Assembly: GCA_965223845.1 (NCBI GenBank)
Contig: CBDCXR010000004.1
Coordinates: 4,320,001-4,384,000, forward strand
Direction: 5' to 3'
DNA: 64,000 nucleotides
DNA from: Planctomycetota bacterium
GTDB lineage: Bacteria > Planctomycetota > UBA8108 > SXIK01
Notes under the pieces: model-generated
Seen by the model: only the letters and a program-made list of their open reading frames with translations
Database searches by the model: none
What the model was told of the DNA's origin: nothing
In this document: positions 1 through 9,602 of the stretch, one piece after another
Position numbering within the stretch: position 1 is the first letter of the stretch
Layout of the letters: each line of letters opens with the position of its first letter
Program-made: the position numbers and the translations under genes

Positions 1-540
1 TTCGTTCACCATACCCTGCAGTACGGATACCCGTTGGCAGAGACGTACGCGAAGTTCCTCGACCCGCCCGTGGGGCGATTTCGTACCGTCGAGCGTTTCC
101 CGCTCGTCGTCCCCTTTGAAGCGAAGTGCTACAACGAGGACTGCGGCTTCGAGCACCGCGTCTGCGGGCTCCTCAATATCGCGGGGGAAGGACATCGCGT
201 CGAAGGTGACCTCTTCGAGGTGAACGCGGACCAACTCCGCCGGCTCGATCGCGAGGAAGAGTACGACCCGAAGGGGCCGCCCGAGTTTCAGGGGAGCATT
301 CGGCGCACGATTCTCGTCGAGCCCTTAGCTGGTGGTGACGCCATCGAAGCCGAGGCGCACTTCAATGAGAGCGCGACCGAGTCGTATCTCAGTCTCGTCG
401 AGAGCGATCTCGCCGAGATGGTTCCTTGCTACACGCGCGAGATGGCGGCGCAGACGCCGAAGCAGTGCTGCGTCGAGAACCCCGGCCACGACGGACCCCA
501 CACGGTGAGCGAGGCGTACGGCTGCGACGGGGGCGAGTGA
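1..540 (+). CDS. Gamma-glutamylcyclotransferase (GGCT/AIG2-like) family protein, 5'-truncated by the window edge
   Basis: Frame is open from nt 1 (FVHHTLQYGYP, compare the GGCT FVYGTL motif). It also has GHRVEGDLFEV...LRRLDREEEY, typical of the family. Confidence 0.65.
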   Translation, partial: FVHHTLQYGYPLAETYAKFLDPPVGRFRTVERFPLVVPFEAKCYNEDCGFEHRVCGLLNIAGEGHRVEGDLFEVNADQLRRLDREEEYDPKGPPEFQGSIRRTILVEPLAGGDAIEAEAHFNESATESYLSLVESDLAEMVPCYTREMAAQTPKQCCVENPGHDGPHTVSEAYGCDGGE

Positions 541-614
541 CGTTCCGTCCCCGGCCGAGGTGTACCACCTCTTCTGAAGACGGTCGTGAGTTGCTCCGGG
601 GTAGTTGACTCGGG

Positions 615-1913
615 CTAGACCGGAAGCTCCAGTCGCTGCCCCGATCTGACGGCCTTGTACGCAGTGATGACCGTCGCGCTGTTGACGAGCCCGTTCCGCG
701 CGGTCGAGATCGTGTCGACATCGCGGCCTCCGACGCAGTCCAGAAAGGCGATGAGCTCGTCGCGGGTATCGTCCGACTCGGTGTCGATCTCGAACGGCTT
801 ACCGCGGTGTGCCCACGGGTCGTTTGCCATCTTGAGCGTCTTGCCGGACGTGATCACATCGGCGTCGTGACGAACACGACCGTCCTTGCTCCACCCAGGA
901 TCATCGACACCGGTCTCGCGGTAGAAGAGGCCTTTCTTTTGCGTGAGGAAAAGCGTGCCCTTCGTCCCGAGGATGAGCTCCGAAGCCCCTTCGTAGGCGT
1001 TGTTTTGAATCGAGGACCAAGTGACACGCACCCTGTACGGCTCGGACGAGGACGCCGGAGACAAGTTCCTTTCGCCCGCCTCGGGAGGCAGCTCGTACTC
1101 CCACGTACAGAACAAGTTGTCTTCGACTTCGCGGCCATCGCGCCACCAATCGATTCCACCGGTTCCCTGAACTCGCGTGGGGGCCGCTCCCAACAGCCAA
1201 GTAGCGACGTCGAGCTGATGGCTCGCCAACTCGGTGAGGAGTCCGCGGGAGGACGACCGATAGAGCCTCCAGTTGAGGCGCCGCTCGAGGCCCGGCCAGT
1301 CGGAATGGTCCCGCCCGACGGGAACGGGACGTCTCCAGTCGTTGTTTCGGTGCCACTGGCACTTGATCGCTGCGATTCGTCCGAGAAATCCGGACTCGAT
1401 CATCGCCTTCGCCTGACGGTAGATCGCGTTGGCTCTCCTCTGCAGCCCGACTTGGAACACCGAACCGTTCTTCTCGACCGACCGGACGATCTCCTCGGCT
1501 TCTTCCACCGAGTAGCACATCGTCTTCTCGCAGAAGACATCGCACCCCGCGTCGATCGCCGCGAGACACATCTCCGCGTGGCGGTGAAGCGGCGTCGCAA
1601 CGACGACCGCCTGCGGACGCGCCTCGCGGAGCATCTGGTCGAAGCTCGAGTACGCTTTCGCTTTCGCGCCGGCGTACTTGACTCCACGCTCGAGGTGCGG
1701 AGCGTAGTCGTCGCACACCGCTACGATGCGCGCGGAATCGATGGTCGTCAGTTTCCGGATGAGATCGGATCCACGCGCTCCGGCTCCGACGACCGCGATG
1801 CGCACGCGATCCGGAATCGGCGTCGGCGCGCCGTGGAGCGCGGTTCCGGCGACGACTCCCCCGGCCGCTTCGGCGAGAAAGCGTCGGCGTCCAAGCCTTC
1901 GTTGCTCACTCAT
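615..1913 (-). CDS. Gfo/Idh/MocA family oxidoreductase with Tat signal
   Basis: GRRRFL Tat motif; RIAVVGAGARG Rossmann motif; ATPLHRH, CEKTM, QVGLQRR, ELASHQLD. Start placed at ATG 1913 (MSEQRR). Confidence 0.9.
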   Translation of the reverse strand: MSEQRRLGRRRFLAEAAGGVVAGTALHGAPTPIPDRVRIAVVGAGARGSDLIRKLTTIDSARIVAVCDDYAPHLERGVKYAGAKAKAYSSFDQMLREARPQAVVVATPLHRHAEMCLAAIDAGCDVFCEKTMCYSVEEAEEIVRSVEKNGSVFQVGLQRRANAIYRQAKAMIESGFLGRIAAIKCQWHRNNDWRRPVPVGRDHSDWPGLERRLNWRLYRSSSRGLLTELASHQLDVATWLLGAAPTRVQGTGGIDWWRDGREVEDNLFCTWEYELPPEAGERNLSPASSSEPYRVRVTWSSIQNNAYEGASELILGTKGTLFLTQKKGLFYRETGVDDPGWSKDGRVRHDADVITSGKTLKMANDPWAHRGKPFEIDTESDDTRDELIAFLDCVGGRDVDTISTARNGLVNSATVITAYKAVRSGQRLELPV

Positions 1914-2742
1914 CGCGCACGAGCCACTCCGTAGTGACGCCTGCGTCGGTGCGTTCGATCCAGCACACACTCGATGTTGTCATCGCTCGATCGCGCAGGT
2001 GACGCGTCGCCCGCTCCCTCCCCATCGCCACGAACGCGGTCGAGCTGACTTCCGCTTCGAGGGCCGTGGACGCCAAGACCGCGCAGGTCGCACCTCCGCC
2101 CGACGACACCGAGAAACCCCGGTCTTCCAGGGGGAGCTCGAGCAGGTGGTCTCGATTTCCGTCCGCGAACGGATTTCGAATGCGAACCTTCCACGCCCTG
2201 CCGTCGGCCCGGCGGCCGATTCCAAACACGGAGCTCGTCCCGCCGCTCAGAAGTGCATTCTCGATGCCGAAACCGCGGACGATCTCCCGCGCTCGATCGA
2301 CGGCGTATCCCTTTCCGTATCCGCCGAGATCGAGGGCCACACTCGGCCGCCGAAACCGTACCGTGCGTGCCGATGCGTCGAGGTCGACTTCCTCCGCGAA
2401 TCTCGCGCCTCGGTACTCTTCGAGCTCACCCACAGTCCGAAGGACATCGAAGAAACCATCGGTGGAATCGAACCATCGCCGGCAGTCGTCGAGGATCTCG
2501 AACACCTCGACGTCCACGAGCGTCGCTCCTCGCGGGGCCTCTCGATTGATGCGCGAGATCTCCGAGGTGGGCTCGAAGAACGAAAGCGTGTCCTCGAGCC
2601 GAAGAATCTCGGTGGCTGCGGACGTGCCCACCGAACGGAGGTGCTCGGGATCATCGCCGACGAGAACGAGCTCGAATTCCGTCGCCATCGCCGGCTGGCG
2701 ACAGATCACGGTCGCGACGTCGCGCGCGAGGAGCTCATCCAT
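1906..2742 (-). CDS. apbE: FAD:protein FMN transferase (ApbE family), divergent
   Basis: AMATEF, SEISRIN, DGFFD, LDLGGYGKGYAVD, W-x-V-x-IRNP and STA motifs. ATG 2742 overlaps the upstream stop. The HIIDPRTG segment is absent. Confidence 0.8.
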   Translation of the reverse strand: MDELLARDVATVICRQPAMATEFELVLVGDDPEHLRSVGTSAATEILRLEDTLSFFEPTSEISRINREAPRGATLVDVEVFEILDDCRRWFDSTDGFFDVLRTVGELEEYRGARFAEEVDLDASARTVRFRRPSVALDLGGYGKGYAVDRAREIVRGFGIENALLSGGTSSVFGIGRRADGRAWKVRIRNPFADGNRDHLLELPLEDRGFSVSSGGGATCAVLASTALEAEVSSTAFVAMGRERATRHLRDRAMTTSSVCWIERTDAGVTTEWLVRDE

Positions 2743-4729
2743 AGCATCGAACTTCGTAGATGCGAGCCGTGTCGGATCCGTTTGTCGCCGAGGCCGCGAT
2801 CCGAACGGACTTCGCCGCGATGGGAGCGAAATCGTGCCGCCGGAGACGCTGGTGATTCCCGGACACTTTCGCGACCTCGACGGTGTCCCCGTCCGCCCTC
2901 GTGACGACAATCGAGTAGTCGCGAACTGTTTCAGGCTGCGGCGCACGAATCATGTGCTGATTGTGGCCGTCACCAGCCGTGAGCGTGAGCTCGCGGTGAA
3001 AACCCGAGTCGAGAGTCAACTGAACGTGGCGGAGAGTTTTCGGCTCGTCCCACGTCAACTCGACCCACGCGCCGTCGCCTTCCATCGGACCGATCCAGCG
3101 ATGGTTCACTTCGCCGTACATGTTGCGCACCCGACCGTCGAGGACGTTCTCCGGCTTCGCGGTCTTCCACACGCCCGACGCGCTAGCCTTCGCCGAGCGC
3201 GCGATGTCCTTCGGGTCCTCGTTCCGCAGGTTCTTGATCGATTGGTCGTCACGGAGGAGCGTCTGCTGGAGCTCGTTCAGCTTCGGCTTGTCCCGGTAGA
3301 GCGCGCGAGGCGTGAGATTGTACTTGGTGCACAGAGCGGCGGCCGTCCCGACGGCCTGTCCCATGCAGGCGCAGGTAGCCATCACCCGCGTAGAAGTGAA
3401 AGCTACGTGACTGCAGCTGGCGTTTCGGCCCGCCATGAAAAGGTTCGAAACGTCTTTCGAGTAGAGCGCCCTCAGAGGGATGTTGTAGACCTCGGGTAAC
3501 GTGGTCGACACGAAGGGACGCTTGTCGGTGTCGTCGAAGCCTCCGGGAGGATGTTCGTCGAGCCCCCAGCCGCCGATCGATACGGCATCCTCGAAATCTC
3601 CGTTCAGGCCCATGAGATCCTGTTGAGTCAGGATCACGTCGCCCTCGATGCGTCGGCTTTCGCGCTTTCCGGGCATCATCCCGACCCAGTCCATCGCCCA
3701 GTTCTCGGCGCTCGGAAACTTGCCGCTGTTTTTGATGTAGTCCCAAACCCCCGTGACGATCGCGAGGAGCTCGAAACGAATGCGTTCGTTGTCCCGGATC
3801 GTATCTGTGATGCCCCCCCACTCGATCCACCAGAAACCGTACTCCCACGAGTGAATCCCCCTGTAGCGCAAGTGCTTTTTCTCGATCTTGCGCGCCCACT
3901 TCGGGGCGGTGTACGGCATCGGCTTTCCGAAGTCGCGCGCCGTGAAGAGGATGCTCGAGCCGAGCGTTTCCCGACTCGGCTTATCCCATGCGAGAGGCTC
4001 GTTAAACTCAGCGCGCGATTCGTGCCCCCAACGAACGGTCGCTCCCGCTTCGACAGCGAGTCGGCTGTCTCCCGTGCAATCGGCGAAGAACCGGCTCGTG
4101 ACGCGGTAGATGTGTTCCGTCTTGTCGCAGCGAGCGAGCGTGCGAACGATCTTTCCGTCCTTTACCTCGGCGGCGTAGCACGTCGTGTCGAGGAGGAGCG
4201 TACAGTTCGGCTCGCTGATGATCTTGTCGTAGAGGAGAAGGTCCCAGAGCTCCCACGAACGCTGCGGATTGTTCGCCGCATCGTCGAGTCGGAGCTCCTC
4301 GAGGATGCCACCCTCGCGCCATCCGGGCCGGCCGCGGTGCATGTTCGCGCCGACGATGTGCATCTTGACCTCACTCGACGAGTTCCCGCCGAGACGAGAA
4401 CGGTCTTGAGCCAGGATGACCTTCGCACCGTGACGCGCGGCCGCCAGCGCGGCGCAGACACCGGAAGGCCCGCCGCCCGCGATGAAGAGGTCGCACTCGA
4501 GGTCGACGAGCGTCATGTTCGGCTCACCCTCGAATCGGCGTGCCGCCGCCTTCGGATCGGGCGGAGCGATGCTCTCGAAAGAGTCGCGAATCTCGGGGAC
4601 CGTCCGCTCCGCGGCGTCGGCCTGCGTGGAGCCCCCACCCAGGACGAAGAGAGAGTAGGTGGAGAGGCCGGCTGCGCCGGCGAGGAACTCACGCCGCGAG
4701 GATCGATCGGAACGGTTCGAATCGGGCAC
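2735..4729 (-). CDS. Tat-exported FAD-dependent oxidoreductase (FAD_oxidored type) with a C-terminal discoidin/F5/8-like domain
   Basis: SRREFL Tat motif; IAGGGPSG, LGGNSSSE, DCTGDS, RESRRIEGD, NLFMAGRNAS, TRVMATC; C-terminal ARIYEVRCY; AAGGAG RBS. Confidence 0.9.
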   Translation of the reverse strand: MPDSNRSDRSSRREFLAGAAGLSTYSLFVLGGGSTQADAAERTVPEIRDSFESIAPPDPKAAARRFEGEPNMTLVDLECDLFIAGGGPSGVCAALAAARHGAKVILAQDRSRLGGNSSSEVKMHIVGANMHRGRPGWREGGILEELRLDDAANNPQRSWELWDLLLYDKIISEPNCTLLLDTTCYAAEVKDGKIVRTLARCDKTEHIYRVTSRFFADCTGDSRLAVEAGATVRWGHESRAEFNEPLAWDKPSRETLGSSILFTARDFGKPMPYTAPKWARKIEKKHLRYRGIHSWEYGFWWIEWGGITDTIRDNERIRFELLAIVTGVWDYIKNSGKFPSAENWAMDWVGMMPGKRESRRIEGDVILTQQDLMGLNGDFEDAVSIGGWGLDEHPPGGFDDTDKRPFVSTTLPEVYNIPLRALYSKDVSNLFMAGRNASCSHVAFTSTRVMATCACMGQAVGTAAALCTKYNLTPRALYRDKPKLNELQQTLLRDDQSIKNLRNEDPKDIARSAKASASGVWKTAKPENVLDGRVRNMYGEVNHRWIGPMEGDGAWVELTWDEPKTLRHVQLTLDSGFHRELTLTAGDGHNQHMIRAPQPETVRDYSIVVTRADGDTVEVAKVSGNHQRLRRHDFAPIAAKSVRIAASATNGSDTARIYEVRCYG

Positions 4730-4924
4730 TGAGGAGGTCTCCTTAAAGGACGAGGCGTGTCACGATCCTGCCAGTATACTTCCGCCCCCGAAGACAGGCG
4801 AGCTGAGTGGGACGCTTTAGCGAGCGTTCGCTCGTTCGCGCCCGAGTGCCCTCGGAGAGAGCGCCCTCGAGGATGGTCTGGCGATCGAGAGTCTTCCCAG
4901 CGAATCCGGCGCGAGAGCTGCGAT

Positions 4925-7900
4925 CTATCCGCGCGGTGCCAACGCGGCTGCCTCCGCGTCTTTTCTCGCGAGGAGAGCGCGCAGCGATCGTAGCGTCTCC
5001 TCGTGGTCTCTCGATTGCGCGAGATTCCTGTCTTCCCGCTGATCGCGCATCAAGTCGTAGAGCTCCTCGCCGACGGGCCACTTCGTGTAGCGCCAGCGGT
5101 CCGTCCGGATTGCCTTCCCGAGCTCCTGCCCACGCGCGACGACCGTGTACGCGAGTTCTTTTCCTCCGGTGGCCGGATCGTCGAGCATCGGAACGAGACT
5201 TCGGCCCTGGAGATGCTTCGGCGCCTCGAGCTCGCAGAGCTCGGTCAGAGTCGGAAACAAATCGACGAGCTCGACGAGACCGTCCGAGCGCGATCCCGGA
5301 GTCGTTCGATCCGGAACTCGGATGACGAGCGGAACTCGATCGCACTTCTCGAACAGCATGACCTTTCCCCACATGAACTTCTCGCCGAGCATGTAGCCGT
5401 GATCCGATGTGAGAATGACGATCGTGTCATCCCAGTGGCCACTCCGCTCGAGCGCGTCGAAGACGATGCCGATCTGCGCGTCGATAAAGGAGATGCACGC
5501 GTGGTAGGCCTGGATGTACTCGCGTCGCAGCCGGTCGTTCTCGACTCCGAACTCGAATCCGAAGCCCGTGTAGCGCTTGGTTCGAGCTAGCTTCGGGACG
5601 CCGTCCCAGAATTCGATCGAAGCCGGTTCGAACTCGATATCGGCGAGCGGGTACATCTCGAAGTACTTGTCCGGCGCAAGAAACGGGACGTGAGGCTTCT
5701 GGATGCCGCAGGCCATGAAGAACGGCTTGTCCCCGTGAGCTTTGTCCTCGAGCCACTTCGCGATCTGACGGGCGTTCTTTCCGTCTTTGTGCTGCCAGTC
5801 GAAAAGTCCGGACGGTCCGTACCCGGGCTGCTGACCTCGCGTTTGCTTCGCGATCGTCGGATAGAACTCGCGCCATTTGCGGCGGGCCTTACCGCGAGCG
5901 ACGGATCCGTGCTCGGCTTCGAATCGTTCGCGAATGGGCACAACGAACGGCATCTCATCGTTCTCGAATCGCTCCATGCGATGCCAAGCGGTTTCGCCGG
6001 GATCGTTTTTGACGTTGTGAAACACCTTTCCGACCGCACCCGTCCAGTACCCGGCCTCCTTGAATCGCTGAGGCATGGAAACCGAGCCGGGACGGGTGTC
6101 GCGGATGTCGGATCGATTGTCGAGAACTCTCGTCGACTGCGGGTAGAGTCCGTGAAGAAACGACGCCCGAGACGGACCGCACACCGGGTACTGACAGTAC
6201 GCGCGGCGAAACGTCATTCCTTGGGCGGCCAGTCGATCGAAGGACGGCGTCTCGATGTGGGGGTAGCCGGACGTCGAAACGTGAGTGTTCAGGTCATCGC
6301 AAACGATCAGGAGCACGTTCGGCCGCGATTTGGTCGTCGGAGCGGGACTGCGCGACGTCCGTCCGCGGGGAGTCTCGGCATCTCGAAGCGGTGCCTCGGA
6401 GTTCTCTTTCGACGGCGCGCTCTGACCGTTCGGCGCTCCCGAGTTCGCCGGAGTCTCCGATCCTTCTTCGAGCGGCAACTTCGGGCCGGCGCTCCCGGTC
6501 CGGGGACGGCTGCGACCGTCGTCGACGATCTTCTTCAGCTCTGCCGCGAGTCGCGCGACGACATCCGGGCGATCCGAGTAGAGGTTTCTCGTCTCGCCGC
6601 GATCGTCCGCGAGCTTGTAGAGCTGTCCTTCCGGCGTGCCCGGCGTTGCGTCGACGCGCTTCGGCTTCGAGAAGCCGCCGGAGCCGAGCCCCGTGATGAG
6701 TTTCCAATCGCCGGAACGAATCGTCATCATCGACGGCGCGCTTCCTGCTTGCATCACGAATCGCGTGCGAACGGCTGTCGCTTTTGGCGCCTCTCCCGTG
6801 AGCGCGGGAAGAAAGCTGAAGCTGTCGGGCCCCGCATCGTCCGGCAGAGGAACTCCGAAGATCTCGGCGAACGTCGCCAATAGATCCGTGAAGCAGACGA
6901 GCTGAGTGCTCACGGTGCTCGCTTTCACTCGTCCGGGCCAACGCACGACGAAGGGCATACGATGCCCCGCCTCCCATGCGTCGGCCTTCATCCCGCGCAG
7001 GCCGCCGGACGAATCGTGTCCGAATCGCTCGGTGTCGGTTTCGTACCAAACCGGTCCGTTGTCGGAGGAAAAGACGACGAGCGTGTTCTTCTCCATGTCG
7101 GCCGTTCGCAGCGCCGACAGTACGCGGCCGATCTCGGCGTCGACCATCATGAGAAAATCGCCGTACATTCCGGCGCCGCTCTTCCCGCTGAATTCCTCGG
7201 TTGGGAGCCACGGAGTATGAGGGGCGGGGTACGCGAGGTAGAGCAGGAGCGGGCGCGCGTCCGCGCCCCGTTCGGCGTGTCGCTCGATCACTCCGATGGC
7301 TTCGTTGGTGAAGCGCGGCAAGACGTCGGCGAGCTTCAGATCGGGTGCGATGCCGCCCGCTCGCCAGAACGCTCCCTGAATCGGTGACCAACCTTCGCTC
7401 CGATTGGCCTCGATGCGGAGCGATGGCGGCTCGACCGCGCGATCGCCTCGAATGTAGAAGTACGGCGGAATGTCCGTCGAAGCGCGGATCCCGAAGAAAC
7501 TCTCGAATCCGCGGTCGACTGGGCCTCCCGAGAGCGGCTTGTCGTAACCGCGCTCCTCGAAGCCGAGATGCCACTTCCCGACCATCGCGGTACGGTACCC
7601 ATTCGCTTTCGCGAGCGATGCGATCGTCGTCTGGTCGGGTTCGATGACCGGGCGGCGGCGCCAAGAACCCACTCTCGTTCGAAACGGATACCGCCCCGTG
7701 AGGAGACCGTAGCGCGAGACGTGGCACAGCGGGCCGGACGCGTGCGCGTCCGTGAACCGCATTCCTTCGAAGGCGAGCTTGTCGATCTCGGGCGTCGGGA
7801 TCTTCGACTCGGGATTGAAGCACCCGGGATCACCGTAGCCCATGTCGTCGACGAGGATGACGACGATGTGTGGTTTCGCGCTTTGGGCCGCAGCCGCGGG

Positions 7901-7960
7901 CGATTCCGCAGCGATGAGAAGCAGCGTCGGGATCCACACGCAGAATAGATATCGACTCAC
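4925..7960 (-). CDS. Secreted tandem double sulfatase (arylsulfatase-like plus iduronate/choline-sulfatase-like domains)
   Basis: Signal peptide. Domain 1: [30 protein letters not shown]. Low-complexity linker. Domain 2: [25 protein letters not shown]. Confidence 0.9.
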   Translation of the reverse strand: MSRYLFCVWIPTLLLIAAESPAAAAQSAKPHIVVILVDDMGYGDPGCFNPESKIPTPEIDKLAFEGMRFTDAHASGPLCHVSRYGLLTGRYPFRTRVGSWRRRPVIEPDQTTIASLAKANGYRTAMVGKWHLGFEERGYDKPLSGGPVDRGFESFFGIRASTDIPPYFYIRGDRAVEPPSLRIEANRSEGWSPIQGAFWRAGGIAPDLKLADVLPRFTNEAIGVIERHAERGADARPLLLYLAYPAPHTPWLPTEEFSGKSGAGMYGDFLMMVDAEIGRVLSALRTADMEKNTLVVFSSDNGPVWYETDTERFGHDSSGGLRGMKADAWEAGHRMPFVVRWPGRVKASTVSTQLVCFTDLLATFAEIFGVPLPDDAGPDSFSFLPALTGEAPKATAVRTRFVMQAGSAPSMMTIRSGDWKLITGLGSGGFSKPKRVDATPGTPEGQLYKLADDRGETRNLYSDRPDVVARLAAELKKIVDDGRSRPRTGSAGPKLPLEEGSETPANSGAPNGQSAPSKENSEAPLRDAETPRGRTSRSPAPTTKSRPNVLLIVCDDLNTHVSTSGYPHIETPSFDRLAAQGMTFRRAYCQYPVCGPSRASFLHGLYPQSTRVLDNRSDIRDTRPGSVSMPQRFKEAGYWTGAVGKVFHNVKNDPGETAWHRMERFENDEMPFVVPIRERFEAEHGSVARGKARRKWREFYPTIAKQTRGQQPGYGPSGLFDWQHKDGKNARQIAKWLEDKAHGDKPFFMACGIQKPHVPFLAPDKYFEMYPLADIEFEPASIEFWDGVPKLARTKRYTGFGFEFGVENDRLRREYIQAYHACISFIDAQIGIVFDALERSGHWDDTIVILTSDHGYMLGEKFMWGKVMLFEKCDRVPLVIRVPDRTTPGSRSDGLVELVDLFPTLTELCELEAPKHLQGRSLVPMLDDPATGGKELAYTVVARGQELGKAIRTDRWRYTKWPVGEELYDLMRDQREDRNLAQSRDHEETLRSLRALLARKDAEAAALAPRG

Positions 7961-9513
7961 AAATCCTTCCTCGCTCGCTTCTCTCTAGCGGGCCTTCTCT
8001 TGAGCTCCCAGTGAAACGCCTCCCCGTCCGTCACCAGCCGGAGCCGGTTCTTCGGAGTCCCGGGCGGCGCGAACGATTTTGGTGCGCTGGCGCGCAGCTT
8101 CTTCTTCACCGCGGCGAACGCATCGTCCGCGGCGAGGTTCGTCCACTCGTGCGGGTCGCGCTGGACGTCGTAGAGTTCTTCCGTCTCGTCCGAGTAGCGA
8201 ATGTAGCGCCAGCGCTGGTTGATGATCGCGTAGCCCCCTGGGTCGAGATAAGGGAGGAACACGTCCCGGTCGACGGTCTTGGTCGGATCCCGCAGCGCGG
8301 TCGCTAGCGATACCCCTTCGAGACCAGAAACCGGCGGTAGACCACACCGCTCGACGAACGTCGGGTACATGTCGATCAGACTCACGGTGCTCTCGACCGT
8401 CGCCCCGGATGAGATTCCCGGACCCGACCAAATGAACGGAACGTTCGAGGTCCGCTCCCAAAGCGTGTGCTTTCCCCAGTCGCCCTTTTCGCCGTGATGA
8501 TAGCCGTGATCGCTCCACAGAACGACGATCGTATTGTCGGCATAACGACTGTCGCGAAGGGCCGCCAGTACCCTGCCGAGCATCGCGTCCGCGTAGGAAA
8601 CGCACGCGAGATATCCGTGAATCGCCTTCTCGACGGCTCCGAGCGCGACGAGGCGAGCATGGTGGCGACGCTTCCGATTCGTCTTGTTGCGCCTTACTTT
8701 CGGTGGAAGATCGTCGAGATCGTCGTCCTTGTAAGCCGGCGCCTCGATCTTCGCTGCATCGTAGAGGTCAAAGTACTTCTGAGGCGCGTAGTTCGGGAAG
8801 TGCGGAGCATAGAGGCCGACGGCGAGAAAGAACGGCTTCTGGTGATCTCGCGCTAGAATCTCGCAGGCCCAATGGACTCGCCTCGAGTCCGCCATTTCGG
8901 GTTCGCGTTCGTTCGGGATCGGGCCCCATTCGAGGAATAGACCTCCCGTGACTTCTCGCCCGCGGTTGTAAACGCTGTTCGGAAAGGGCTTGGGAAACGG
9001 TGCATCCGCACCCCACGAATCGAGCGGCCAACCCTCGCGCTTGGCGGCCGCGTTGCGGAGGTAGAACTCGTCCCAACCACGCCGATCGAGGTATCCGGCC
9101 GGGTGATGAAACAGCTTGCCCGCTCCGAACGTGGCGTATCCTCCTTCGCGGAAACTGGCCTGGAGCGGGCGCAGATCCGGACGTTCGTGAAAGTACACCT
9201 GCGTCGTGTAGCAGCCCGTGCTCGAAGCAAACCGACCCGTGAAGATCGCGCTTCGAGACGGCGCGCAAAACGTCCCCGCCGAGTGGGCGTTGGTGAAGAC
9301 GACTCCTCGACTCGCCAGCGCATCCATGTTCGGGGTGATCGCCTGTTTGTAGCCCATCGCACCGACCCAATCGCACAGGTCGTCGACCGCGAAGAGGATC
9401 ACGTTGGGACGCTCGCCTCCTCGCACGGGGGACGCTAGCCCGAGAAGGGAGATCGCGATCAGCGGAAGGCGCCGGCACCACCGGGCCCGCAAGACAGTGA
9501 GTTTTCCATTCAT
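7957..9513 (-). CDS. Sulfatase (iduronate-2-sulfatase/choline-sulfatase-like)
   Basis: [36 protein letters not shown]; signal peptide after ATG 9513. Confidence 0.9.
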   Translation of the reverse strand: MNGKLTVLRARWCRRLPLIAISLLGLASPVRGGERPNVILFAVDDLCDWVGAMGYKQAITPNMDALASRGVVFTNAHSAGTFCAPSRSAIFTGRFASSTGCYTTQVYFHERPDLRPLQASFREGGYATFGAGKLFHHPAGYLDRRGWDEFYLRNAAAKREGWPLDSWGADAPFPKPFPNSVYNRGREVTGGLFLEWGPIPNEREPEMADSRRVHWACEILARDHQKPFFLAVGLYAPHFPNYAPQKYFDLYDAAKIEAPAYKDDDLDDLPPKVRRNKTNRKRRHHARLVALGAVEKAIHGYLACVSYADAMLGRVLAALRDSRYADNTIVVLWSDHGYHHGEKGDWGKHTLWERTSNVPFIWSGPGISSGATVESTVSLIDMYPTFVERCGLPPVSGLEGVSLATALRDPTKTVDRDVFLPYLDPGGYAIINQRWRYIRYSDETEELYDVQRDPHEWTNLAADDAFAAVKKKLRASAPKSFAPPGTPKNRLRLVTDGEAFHWELKRRPAREKRARKDL

Positions 9514-9602
9514 GTCGAATCGTTCTGCCGATCGTACCTCGAGGGAGTTGGACGGCAGTCTCGCCCGCAGAGACTTCGGCGGCATTCGGACTAGGATCCC
9601 GT

